Source of the DNA: an uncultured Spirochaetales bacterium
GTDB lineage: Bacteria > Myxococcota_A > UBA9160 > PR03
Direction: 5' to 3'
NCBI GenBank assembly: GCA_964403735.1
Contig: CAYOHN010000001.1
Coordinates: 1-42,817 of the forward strand
DNA length: 42,817 nucleotides
A program made the translations under genes and the position numbers. Position 1 is the stretch's first letter, and the number at the start of each line of letters is the position of its first letter. Shown here piece after piece: positions 21,307 through 30,160 of this stretch. The notes under the pieces are model-generated. The model was not told where the DNA came from, did not search any database, and saw only the letters and a list, made by a program, of their open reading frames with translations.

Positions 21307-21855
21307 CTACCACCAGGAGAAGGGTCGTTCCTTCTTCTTGCGGTCGACCTCGGCGCGGATCTTCTTGCGGTAGTCGGCGAGTCGCTGCGGAAGGCGTTGT
21401 CGCGCGACCGTGGTCCACGGCCGCTGCTCGGCGCCGCGGCGGAACTTCCGGAACTGCCGATAGCCCCACAGCTCCTGCTTGAACTCGTGCTCGAGCATCT
21501 TCATCATGATCGCATCGTCGAGAAAGCCGAGACCCGGAATCTGATCCGGGATCAGGTCCTCGGGATTCACGAAGTACGACAGCGCCGCGAGGATCTCGTT
21601 GCGCGGCCCTCTCGGGAGTTCGTACTCCGCATCCTCGAGCATCTCCTTCAGATCCTCGAGAACAGCCACCGACTCCTTGACGAAGGTCGGTGTCTTCTTC
21701 GCCTTCTGCACCTTCTCGACCAGCTCCCGGACGGACGCCAGAATTTCGGCGATGTCCTGCTCTTCGACGGCTTTTCGCGAGCTGCGGAAGAGTTTCCGGA
21801 AGTAGGCGATGTCGCCCTCGTCGAGACTGAACGAGATCTTGAAGCTCTGCGACAT
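21307..21855 (-). CDS. DUF1232 (YkvA-like) domain protein, Lys/Glu-rich, apparently soluble
   Basis: YFVNPEDLIPDQIPGLGFLDDAIMM matches the DUF1232 signature. GGAGG lies 5 nt upstream of ATG 21855. Local G+C is 34/60 and 37/60 in lines 21661 and 21721, below the neighbours. Confidence 0.75.
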   Translation of the reverse strand: MSQSFKISFSLDEGDIAYFRKLFRSSRKAVEEQDIAEILASVRELVEKVQKAKKTPTFVKESVAVLEDLKEMLEDAEYELPRGPRNEILAALSYFVNPEDLIPDQIPGLGFLDDAIMMKMLEHEFKQELWGYRQFRKFRRGAEQRPWTTVARQRLPQRLADYRKKIRAEVDRKKKERPFSWW

Positions 21856-21909
21856 CGGATCCTCCGTCCACGTTCGGCCGTCGGGCCGTCGCCGTGGCTG
21901 CGGACTCTA

Positions 21910-23274
21910 TCAGTAGCGCGCGTACTCGATCAAGCGATCCGGGTGGCCCGCCCATTCGCCCTGCCAGCGCGCGAGGATCTCCTCTCCGGGGCTCGTTCCC
22001 CGCGCGACCACCTCTTCGAGCGGGTCCACGTAGCCGGTCTCGTCGTTCCCCGGAGGCGAGTGCCGGCGCAATCCCTCCCGGGCGATCGCCACCAGTTCGC
22101 GGGCCAGGCGTCTCAGCGGTGTGCCGTCGGGTGCCACGGCGGCCAGGCCGCGGCGCGCCACATCGAGGTGTACAGCGTCCCGCTCCCGCACGGTCCACGG
22201 AGCCAGCGCGGCCGCCGCGCCGCGCGCTTCGCGATCGTAGAGGAGACCTTTCCACAACGCCGGCATCGCGCAGAGCAGGCCGGGGGGTACGCCATCGGCG
22301 TTGCGCACTTCGAGGACACGTTTGATCCGGACCTCGGGGAAGATCGTGGTCAGGTGGCGATCCCAATCTGCCAACGTGGCGCGCTCGCCCTCGTACCCCT
22401 CCAGCCAGAAGCGCCGGAACGGCATGCCGTCGAGCGCCCGGTAGGCGCCGTGACGGACCAGGAAGAACATCGGGATGTCGAGCGCCCACTCGGCGTAGCG
22501 CCGGTAGCCGAACTCCGGCTCGAAGGCCTCCGGCAACAATCCACATCGATCCGGATCGGTGTCGCGCCAGATTGCCATGCGACGCGAGATCCAGCCGCTC
22601 GGACGACCTTCCCAGAGGCTCGAGTTCGCGAACAATGCCGAAGCGATCGGTGTCACCGCCAGCGCCATCCGCAGCTTCTCGACCAGATCCGCCTCATCGC
22701 TCCAGTCGAAGCTCGCCTGCACCGACGCGGTGGCGTGCATCATGTCCATCGCGAGCCCGCCGCGCTTCGGCAGGTACTCGCGCATGATCCGGTAGCGCTC
22801 GCGGGGCACGCGCGGCAGCTCGTCGAGCTTGTGGAACGGGTGGCAGCCGAGACCGAGCCAGACGATCCCCAGCGGCTCCGAGACGCGGCGCAGGAACGCC
22901 AGATGCTCCTGGAACTCGGCGCAGACTTCCGACATCGCGACGAGCGGTTGCCCGTTCTGCTCGAGCTGGGCGCCCGGCTCGAGCGACACGCTGCCCGGCC
23001 CGTCGAGTCCCATCAGACGACCGTCTTCCTCGATGCCGCGCCAGGCCGGCTCCCCGGGCTCCCGCGCGATGCGGCGCAGCAACTCCTCGATGCCGCCGGG
23101 ACCCTCGTAGGGAACCGGCTGCACCGACGGCATGCGCAGTCCGAGCTTCTCGTGCTCGACACCGAGACGCCAGCGCTCGCGAGGCTTCTCGCCGGCGCGG
23201 AAATAATCGATCAAGTCCTCGAGGGACTCGATCGGGCGCGCGAGCTCCGCAGAGGCTTCGCGATCGAGCGTCAC
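21910..23274 (-). CDS. gshA: Glutamate-cysteine ligase, plant/alphaproteobacterial type (GCS2 family)
   Basis: RLGVEHEKLGL, SLEPGAQLE, MHATASVQASFD, TIFPEVRIKRVLEVRNADG. GTG 23274 overlaps the upstream stop (GTGA). Confidence 0.8.
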   Translation of the reverse strand: MTLDREASAELARPIESLEDLIDYFRAGEKPRERWRLGVEHEKLGLRMPSVQPVPYEGPGGIEELLRRIAREPGEPAWRGIEEDGRLMGLDGPGSVSLEPGAQLEQNGQPLVAMSEVCAEFQEHLAFLRRVSEPLGIVWLGLGCHPFHKLDELPRVPRERYRIMREYLPKRGGLAMDMMHATASVQASFDWSDEADLVEKLRMALAVTPIASALFANSSLWEGRPSGWISRRMAIWRDTDPDRCGLLPEAFEPEFGYRRYAEWALDIPMFFLVRHGAYRALDGMPFRRFWLEGYEGERATLADWDRHLTTIFPEVRIKRVLEVRNADGVPPGLLCAMPALWKGLLYDREARGAAAALAPWTVRERDAVHLDVARRGLAAVAPDGTPLRRLARELVAIAREGLRRHSPPGNDETGYVDPLEEVVARGTSPGEEILARWQGEWAGHPDRLIEYARY

Positions 23275-23846
23275 GGCGTCGTCGCCTCCTCGACGAAGCG
23301 CTCCAGGAACTCGCCGAGAGCGAACTCGATGTCGGACGCGGCGTCGTGCGGCAGCGACCGGCACGGCCCCTCGGTCTTGCCGGTCCGAAACGGACCGACG
23401 AGCGTGATCTCGCCCTTCGCCTTGACGACGACGATCCCGACGTGTCGCCCGCGACGGATTTCGAACTCCATCGCGCGCACGTGCTTCTCGTCGAGACGCG
23501 GCGGGCCGACCTCGAGCCGGACATGGGGCGCTCCGGTCGCGGATGCCGCGGCATGGAAGGCGTCGACGGCGGCGCAGACGCGCTCGTGCCACACGCGGCA
23601 GTCGCGGCGGGCCACGTCGAGCGCGGCTCGATGCTGGGACTCGCGCGCGCCGAGCGCGCGGCCCGCGGCGGCTAACCGATCGATCAGAGGATCGATCAGA
23701 GGATCGCGCCCGGGCTCGCGCGAGGACTCCGCATGGGAATTTGCATGGGAATCCGGCTGGGAGGCCCGTTGGCACTCAGGCCGGGAGGAAGGCGCGACGG
23801 CGGACGCGGCGGGGCCGCTCGCCGACACCGAGGAGGAGGCGTCCAT
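23271..23846 (-). CDS. Hypothetical protein translationally coupled to gshA
   Basis: C-terminal part of minus ORF 23271..24686, downstream of the M23 stop. The ordered-looking C-terminus is VRAMEFEIRRGRHVGIVVVKAKGEITLVGPFRTGKTEGP. The N-terminus is low complexity. The start (ATG 23846) has no clear SD. Confidence 0.5.
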   Translation of the reverse strand: MDASSSVSASGPAASAVAPSSRPECQRASQPDSHANSHAESSREPGRDPLIDPLIDRLAAAGRALGARESQHRAALDVARRDCRVWHERVCAAVDAFHAAASATGAPHVRLEVGPPRLDEKHVRAMEFEIRRGRHVGIVVVKAKGEITLVGPFRTGKTEGPCRSLPHDAASDIEFALGEFLERFVEEATTP

Positions 23847-23950
23847 ATGGCTAGGATCGTCGCACACGGCCTCGCGAGCCGGTAGAGGCTGGCTTGGGGC
23901 GTCGCGTCGGTGCCCCCCCGAACTCGACGCCGGAGGGGTCGTAACGCCTA

Positions 23951-25483
23951 CTACATCGCCTCGTCGACGGCGACGAGCGTCGCCGGAACCAGCTGGGCGA
24001 GGCGCGCGTCGCGGATCGTCTCGAAGTCCTGCCGCTGGCGCCCCGCGATCCGCTGACCCGAAGGAATCCGCGTCGAGGCCGGATTCACGAACTTGTCGTT
24101 CTTCGAGATCCGGAAGCAGACGTGCGGTCCGGTCGACAGTCCGCTCGAGCCGACGTAACCGATGACCTGCTTCTGGCCGACCTTTTGACCGACCCGCAAG
24201 CCCCTCGCGAAGCCCGAGAGGTGGGCGTAGAACGACTCGTAGCCGTCGGCGTGCTCGATCTTCACCAGGCGGCCATACCCGCCCTGCCAGCCGGCATGGC
24301 TCACGCGTCCCTCGGCGACCGCCCAGACGGGCGTCCCCACCGGCGCCGCGTAGTCGATCCCGGGATGGGGCCGCGTCCTGCGCAGGATCGGATGGAAGCG
24401 GGCATGCGTGAAGGTCGAGGAGATCCGCGTGTATCGGACCGGAGCGGCCAGGAACCCCTGCTGCACCGGCGTCCCATCGGCCCGATAGTAGTTGCCGACG
24501 CCGGGCTCCGTCTCGTAATAGATCGCCTCGTGGGATCGGCCGCCGCTCAGATAGCGCGCGGCGAGGATCCGCCCGGGTCCCACGTAGCGAAGGCCGCCGC
24601 CGGTTTCGCGCGCCACGTAGTTCCGCTCGTACAATAGATGGAACTCGTCGCCGGAGCGGACTCCCTTCGCGAAATCCACGTCCCACGCGAAAATGTTGGC
24701 AAAGTCGGCCGCCAGCTCGGGCCGCTCGCCGAGATCCCCGATCGCGTCGTAGACCGTCGTCGCGACGACGCCGGCAAGGCGGGCTTGCTGACGGATCATT
24801 CCGCGCTTGGCGGCCCGCGTCTCCCAGCTCTCACCCTGCTGGCTGACCTGGTAGTGCTCGAGGTCCGACACCGAGTATCGGAATCCGACCAGCGCGCCGC
24901 GCTTGTCGCGCTCGATGCGGTAGCGATGGCCCGGACGCGAGCGGCGCAGATCGAAGTGGGGCTCGAGTTCGCGGGCGATCGCGAAGGCCGTCGACGCCGC
25001 CACGCCGTGTCGGGCGAGCGCGGCCAGCAACGTGTCGCCGCGTCGGATCTTGTCCTCGACGATCGGCGCCAGAGCCAGGGGTTCGGAAGCGGACCCTTTC
25101 GCCTCTGTCACCGGCACCGCGTCCTTGTCGGTGGGCTCGTCGGGCAGCGCAGCCAGCAGGCCCGCGACGAAGACCTCGGTGGCGCCACTCTCGGGTGTCG
25201 ACACCGGCGTGAACGCGAGCGGCGACTCGAGCGATCCGGCCACGGGCGTGACCGATTCTCTCGGGGTGGGATCGGTTGCGGCCCCGGCGGCCGGAGCCGC
25301 GACCCGACCCGGCGCGAACCCTGCGGGAACCTCACGCGCGTTTCGAGCGACGAACAAGGCAAGCCCGATCCCCACGACGAGCGCGGTGGAAGCGGACGTA
25401 GCCCGGAGCCAGCGGCGATACGTCCGTCGCCGTCTCGTCTCGCTCAAGATTTCCTTGAGGACGTCATCCGACCATACGTCCAC
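23951..25483 (-). CDS. M23-family metallopeptidase with an N-terminal membrane anchor
   Basis: HPGIDYAAPVGTPVWA, GGYGRLVKIEHADGYESFYAHLS, GYVGSSGLSTGPHVCF. TM segment ALVVGIGLALFV. GTG 25483 is preceded by AGGAGG. Confidence 0.9.
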   Translation of the reverse strand: MDVWSDDVLKEILSETRRRRTYRRWLRATSASTALVVGIGLALFVARNAREVPAGFAPGRVAAPAAGAATDPTPRESVTPVAGSLESPLAFTPVSTPESGATEVFVAGLLAALPDEPTDKDAVPVTEAKGSASEPLALAPIVEDKIRRGDTLLAALARHGVAASTAFAIARELEPHFDLRRSRPGHRYRIERDKRGALVGFRYSVSDLEHYQVSQQGESWETRAAKRGMIRQQARLAGVVATTVYDAIGDLGERPELAADFANIFAWDVDFAKGVRSGDEFHLLYERNYVARETGGGLRYVGPGRILAARYLSGGRSHEAIYYETEPGVGNYYRADGTPVQQGFLAAPVRYTRISSTFTHARFHPILRRTRPHPGIDYAAPVGTPVWAVAEGRVSHAGWQGGYGRLVKIEHADGYESFYAHLSGFARGLRVGQKVGQKQVIGYVGSSGLSTGPHVCFRISKNDKFVNPASTRIPSGQRIAGRQRQDFETIRDARLAQLVPATLVAVDEAM

Positions 25484-25689
25484 AGTCCCCTCCTGACCCG
25501 CTCGATGACCCCCTCGAAGCGGACGCTACTGTTAGCCGATCGTCTCGGGTTCGGCAGATCGAGCGTCCCGCTGTACGTGACACGCCGTCATCCGCACAGG
25601 GCTCTGCGCATCGTTGCGGCCGAGCTTCCGGAGGCCTTCCTATTCGCCGTCCGGCAACGGGCAGTTCCCATTCAGGGACCCGCAACTCC

Positions 25690-27207
25690 GTGAACCCCGC
25701 GCGCGGGACGCGACCGTCCACCGGAGGGCGCTGGCCCGTTCAGAGGGTGCTTCGGGCAATCGTCTGGCTCGCCGTTGCGTGTTTTTTTCACCTCGTCTCG
25801 AACCCCGCATCGGCGTTCTGGCCGTTCGATCGGAACTCTCTGCGTCTCGGTGATGACCTCACCGACGCCGCCGCGGAGCTGCTCGCCCAGTCCATCCAGA
25901 TCGATACGACCAATCCGCCCGGCAACGAGGAACCGCTGGCCCGGATGTTCGTCGACGTCGCCGAGCGCGCAGGACTCGAGGCGCGGCTCATCGAGACGCC
26001 CTCAGCCGGCTCCGAGACCGGCCGGGCCGCGGCCTGGGCGCGGCTTCCCGGCCACGGGAAGCGGCGGCCGATCGTGCTGTTGTCGCATCTCGATGTCGTG
26101 CCGGCGGACGGCGAAGGCTGGGTCGTCGATCCGTTCTCCGGACTGATCACGGCCGGCTACGTCGTCGGGCGCGGCGCGCTCGATGCGAAGGGCGTCGCGG
26201 TCGTCCACCTGCTGGCGATGGCCGAGCTGGCGCGGAGCGACACCAGACTGGATCGCGACGTCCTCTTCCTCGCGACGCCGGACGAGGAGTCCGGCGGCCA
26301 CCAAGGCGCCGGCTGGCTGGTACGACGAAAGCCGCAGCTCCTGCGCGGAGCCGAGTTCCTGCTTACGGAGGGCGGCGGAATCCTTGCCGGAGAAGCCGGC
26401 GAGCCCAACATCTGGGGCGTCGGCGTCGCCGAAAAGGGCCCGTGCTGGGCGCGACTGGTGGCGCGCGGCGCGCCGGGCCACGGCTCGACGGCCGGACCTG
26501 CTGCAGCGGTTCCCAGGTTGGTCGCGGCGCTCGAACGAGTGCGGCGGATGCCCCTCCCCGTTCGCGTCGTACCGGAAGTCGCGACGATGTTCGCCTGGCT
26601 CGCGCCGATCGCCGAACCCGCGGATCGCACCGGCTACGCGGATCTCGCGCGGGCACTGCGCGATGACCAGACGTTCCGGCGTCGCTTCCTCGCCGACGGC
26701 GCGCGCAGCGCGCTGGTGCGCAACACCGTCAACATCACGGTGCTGGCGGCGGGTTCGCACACCAACGTCGCGCCCGATGAGGCCAGCGCGGACCTGGACG
26801 TGCGGCTGCTCCCGGGCGAGAGCTGCAACGCCTTCCTCGACCGCCTGCGGCTCCTCATCGACGATCCGGCCGTGCAGGTGCAGCCGCTGCTCGCGTTCGA
26901 GCCGCTCGCGTCGCCGGCGCGCACGAAGCTCTTCGACGCCATCGAGACCGTCGCCGCGGAAGTCGACCCGGGCGCGCTGGTGGTGCCGCGCGTGATCGCC
27001 GGTTTCACCGATGCACACTGGTTCCGGGAGCTCGGGCTCGTCGCCTACGGCTTCGTGCCGCGCTGGCTCCCACCCAGCGAGACCCTCGGGATCCACGGCT
27101 CGAATGAACGCATCGCGATCGACAACCTCGAGCGCGGCGTCCGCACGATGGTACGAATTCTCGAGGTGCTCGGGAACGCCGAGAGCTTCGAGAACGCCGA
27201 GCGCTGA
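25690..27207 (+). CDS. M20-family peptidase (ArgE/DapE/ACY1 type), secreted
   Basis: Signal-like AIVWLAVACFFHLVSNPASA, LLSHLDVVPA, GRGALDAKG, LATPDEESGG. Start is GTG 25690 or GTG 25747. Confidence 0.85.
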   Translation: MNPARGTRPSTGGRWPVQRVLRAIVWLAVACFFHLVSNPASAFWPFDRNSLRLGDDLTDAAAELLAQSIQIDTTNPPGNEEPLARMFVDVAERAGLEARLIETPSAGSETGRAAAWARLPGHGKRRPIVLLSHLDVVPADGEGWVVDPFSGLITAGYVVGRGALDAKGVAVVHLLAMAELARSDTRLDRDVLFLATPDEESGGHQGAGWLVRRKPQLLRGAEFLLTEGGGILAGEAGEPNIWGVGVAEKGPCWARLVARGAPGHGSTAGPAAAVPRLVAALERVRRMPLPVRVVPEVATMFAWLAPIAEPADRTGYADLARALRDDQTFRRRFLADGARSALVRNTVNITVLAAGSHTNVAPDEASADLDVRLLPGESCNAFLDRLRLLIDDPAVQVQPLLAFEPLASPARTKLFDAIETVAAEVDPGALVVPRVIAGFTDAHWFRELGLVAYGFVPRWLPPSETLGIHGSNERIAIDNLERGVRTMVRILEVLGNAESFENAER

Positions 27208-27262
27208 ACTCGTCCACTCGCTGGACGCTGCGCGGCCATGCGCAGGCCGCCGCGACGGGCGG

Positions 27263-28588
27263 TCAGCCGCGCAGCTCGCGGATCGCCTGATCGAGGGCGG
27301 CGAAGAGCGGCTCGACCTGCTCGACCTCGAGACACGAGAACGCCACGCGGATGTCCGTCGGACTCGTCGCGATCAGTCCGACCTGGTGGCGATCCAGCAG
27401 GTGCAGCCGCAACCGTTCGGCGTCGACGCCCTTCACCTGCACACACATGAAGTAGCCGCTGTTGAAGGGATAGGGCTCGAAGCTGTCGCGGAACTCGGGG
27501 CGTCCGACCACCTCGTACACCTTGGCAGCGCGCGCGCGCAGCGTCTCCGCCTTCTCCTTGCGCTCGTCGGCGATCGAGGACGTCTCCAGCGCGCGCTCGA
27601 CGAGCGTCTGCGACAGCATCGGGCTGTTGGAGATCGCGCCGCGAATGGCGCCGCGGCACTTCGCGTCGAGCACGTCGCAGACGGCGTCAGCGGTCGCGGG
27701 ATCCCCCGGCCCGAACGTGACGAAACCGCAGCGCAGCCCCCAGACGAAGAGTTCCTTGGTCGCACCGTCGAGCTTCACGGCCAGCAGGTTCGGATGGCGC
27801 CCCGCGAGCAGACCGAACAGCGACTCCGTCATCGACTCCGCGCCGAGGTGATAGAACAGGCCGAAGTACGCGTCGTCGGTGACGGCGACGATCCGGGTTC
27901 CGCGCGCCGCCTGCGCGGCCAGCGCGTCGGCGATGCCGCGGCCTTCCGCCGGCGTCGGCATGTAGCCGGTAGGATTGTTCGGGAAGTTCAGCAACACGAT
28001 CACCTTGTCGCGCTCCTGCGCCTGTTCGGCGAGGGCCGAGGCGAAGCCCTCGACGTTGAAACCGCCGCCCGCGTAGAACGGATAGGTCGCGATCTCGGCG
28101 CCGAGGCGGACTTCGTAGGTCAGCCGGTAGTTGCCCCAGAGCTGGTCCGGCAGCAGGATCCGATCGCCTTCGCCGATGAAGAGGTCGCCGACGAGCGACA
28201 GTCCGTGCGTGAGCGCGCTGGTCACGATCGGCAGGCCGAACTCCTGGCCGCGCAGGGTGGGGTTCTCGGCGAGCAGCTTCTCGCGCCAGTGCGCGCGCAG
28301 CGTCTGGCGACCCGCGGGCGGCGCGTAGTTGTACGCATCGGCCGGCGCGACGTCCGCGAGGTGTCGGTGCATCGAAGGCAGGTACATCGGCCCGCCGCCC
28401 TCGGTGGCGATACCGATCGTCGCGTTGAAGCGCGTCGCCTTCTGCTTCGCTTCCGCCGTCTGCGACAGGATGCCCTTGGGGAAGTAGAGCCGGCGGCCGA
28501 GCGGCGACAGCATCGCATGGACGGCCGGCGCCGCCTGTTCGATGCGCTCGTTGAGCTGCTGGGCGAGGGGGTTGGTCTTGAAGGCCAC
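27263..28588 (-). CDS. Class I/II PLP-dependent aminotransferase
   Basis: LLNFPNNPTGY, VTDDAYFGL, KLDGATKELFVWGLRCGF (Lys-Schiff-base context). I prefer GTG 28588 because AGGAG lies 6 nt upstream. The listed ORF starts at TTG 28606. Confidence 0.85.
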   Translation of the reverse strand: MAFKTNPLAQQLNERIEQAAPAVHAMLSPLGRRLYFPKGILSQTAEAKQKATRFNATIGIATEGGGPMYLPSMHRHLADVAPADAYNYAPPAGRQTLRAHWREKLLAENPTLRGQEFGLPIVTSALTHGLSLVGDLFIGEGDRILLPDQLWGNYRLTYEVRLGAEIATYPFYAGGGFNVEGFASALAEQAQERDKVIVLLNFPNNPTGYMPTPAEGRGIADALAAQAARGTRIVAVTDDAYFGLFYHLGAESMTESLFGLLAGRHPNLLAVKLDGATKELFVWGLRCGFVTFGPGDPATADAVCDVLDAKCRGAIRGAISNSPMLSQTLVERALETSSIADERKEKAETLRARAAKVYEVVGRPEFRDSFEPYPFNSGYFMCVQVKGVDAERLRLHLLDRHQVGLIATSPTDIRVAFSCLEVEQVEPLFAALDQAIRELRG

Positions 28589-28664
28589 GGGGGTGCTCCT
28601 GCGCAAAAGACGATCCGGACGAGGGGACGCCGGGGGTCGAGGACGGAGGGACGGCGCTCGGAAA

Positions 28665-29144
28665 CTATAGCCGCCGGTCCAGCACGTTCACGAAGCCCGC
28701 GAAGCCGAGCGCGCGCCAGAACGCATCGCCCGTCGGGTTGCGCACCGCCACGCGGACCTCGATCCGGCGCACGTCGAGCGACCGCGCCCAGTCGAGCGCC
28801 TGGCGCGCGAGCGCCGTCCCGACGCCCTGCCGGCGCGACGCGGGCGCGACGGCGATCTCGGTGATCTCGACGCGCTGGCGCTCGGTCGCGGCCGACGGCG
28901 CGGCCCGTCGCTGCGCCGCACAGAAGCCGGCGACGCCCCCGGGTCCCTCCCAGACCCACAGGGCCGCAGCGGGATCGCGCAGGATCCGGTCGACGGCGGC
29001 CGCCAACTCGGCGCCGGCGCCCGGCCGCAGCGAGAAGGCTGCGTCGAGCGCGGCGTGCTGCGTCACGAGCGCCTCCCACAGCGCCGCCACGGCCGCCCGA
29101 TCGGCCGGACGCGCGGGGCGCACGTCGCCCCGCGGCGCACTCAC
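28665..29144 (-). CDS. GNAT-family N-acetyltransferase
   Basis: ITEIAVAPASRRQGVGTALARQALDWAR (acetyl-CoA binding motif A). GTG 29144 overlaps the upstream stop (GTGA). Confidence 0.85.
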   Translation of the reverse strand: MSAPRGDVRPARPADRAAVAALWEALVTQHAALDAAFSLRPGAGAELAAAVDRILRDPAAALWVWEGPGGVAGFCAAQRRAAPSAATERQRVEITEIAVAPASRRQGVGTALARQALDWARSLDVRRIEVRVAVRNPTGDAFWRALGFAGFVNVLDRRL

Positions 29145-30160
29145 GGCAGCAGCTCTCCGGCTCCCAGCATGCGCTGCACTTCCTCGAGGCTCTTGCCCTC
29201 CTCGAAGATCTGCTGCTCGATCTGCTTCGTCAGCGATTCGATCTGCGGCGTAAAGCGGCGCGGATCCTGATCTTGCTGGCGATAGGCCTCTTCGACGCTG
29301 CTGCGGATCTGGCGCCGCGCAGTCTCCCGCTCCTCCGCCGTCACTTCGACGCCCGCCGGCACGCGTCCCTCGGAAAGGGCGCGGATCTGATCGTCCGACA
29401 GATTCAGACCCACCTGCGACGCGAACATCTGCCGCAGCCGCTGCTCCTGCGTCAGGCCGCTGCCGCGCACCTTCTCGGTTTCCCCGGAACGGATCATCCG
29501 GAACCGGCCGACCTGCGTCCCGTCGCGCTGATAGCTGCCGACGAGCTCGTTGCCGTCGGCGACGATGGTTTCGGTTCGATACTGGGTGCTGCCGTCCATC
29601 GATTCGGCGATGCCGCCGCCCAGCGAGTCGTCGCGCCGGAAGCGCGGCGTGCCGCCGGCATCCTCGATCGTCCAGTCCTCGCTGTACGTCAGCACCACGG
29701 CCGATCCGGCCGCCGCGGGGCCCGACGTCGATCGCCAGTTGCCGTCGCCATCGCCGCCCGACGAAGCGAGCGTCTCGATCTTGACGCCGCGCGAGTTCAC
29801 CTGGAGTCCGTTCCGGATGTCCGCGAGCTGCGCGTCGTTCGGCTCCCAGGCGGCGAGAACCCGCGACCGCCGATTGCCGCCGAGCGCTTCGAAGCGTCCC
29901 TCCTCACTGTCGAGGACGACGATCGGCCACTCGGTCCACTCGAGCTGGTCGCCCTGGCGGGCGAAGCGCCACACCCGGTCCTCCCAGCGCCACGCCTCGG
30001 GATTGTTCGACGCGGAGTCCTGGTAGTGCATCAGCACGTACCAGGTGCCCTCGAGATCGAGCGCCAGCACGGGGGACGCGGCGAGCGCCAGGGCGACGCC
30101 GGCGAGCAGCGCGCGGACGCGCCTCCGAGCGCGGACGGCGCGCGGGCGGACCGGGCCCAT
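29141..30160 (-). CDS. Secreted hypothetical protein (signal peptide, beta-rich middle, charged helical C-terminus)
   Basis: MGPVRPRAVRARRRVRALLAGVALALAASPVLALDLEG.. is a signal peptide. ATG 30160 overlaps the upstream stop (ATGA). No family recognised. Confidence 0.75.
   Translation of the reverse strand: MGPVRPRAVRARRRVRALLAGVALALAASPVLALDLEGTWYVLMHYQDSASNNPEAWRWEDRVWRFARQGDQLEWTEWPIVVLDSEEGRFEALGGNRRSRVLAAWEPNDAQLADIRNGLQVNSRGVKIETLASSGGDGDGNWRSTSGPAAAGSAVVLTYSEDWTIEDAGGTPRFRRDDSLGGGIAESMDGSTQYRTETIVADGNELVGSYQRDGTQVGRFRMIRSGETEKVRGSGLTQEQRLRQMFASQVGLNLSDDQIRALSEGRVPAGVEVTAEERETARRQIRSSVEEAYRQQDQDPRRFTPQIESLTKQIEQQIFEEGKSLEEVQRMLGAGELLP

Noticed and set aside
27228-27245. Hairpin ctgcgc-ggccat-gcgcag between the convergent M20 peptidase and aminotransferase genes, as a bidirectional terminator
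   Set aside because: The stem is only 6 bp and there is no T/A tract on either side. That is too weak to call an intrinsic terminator.
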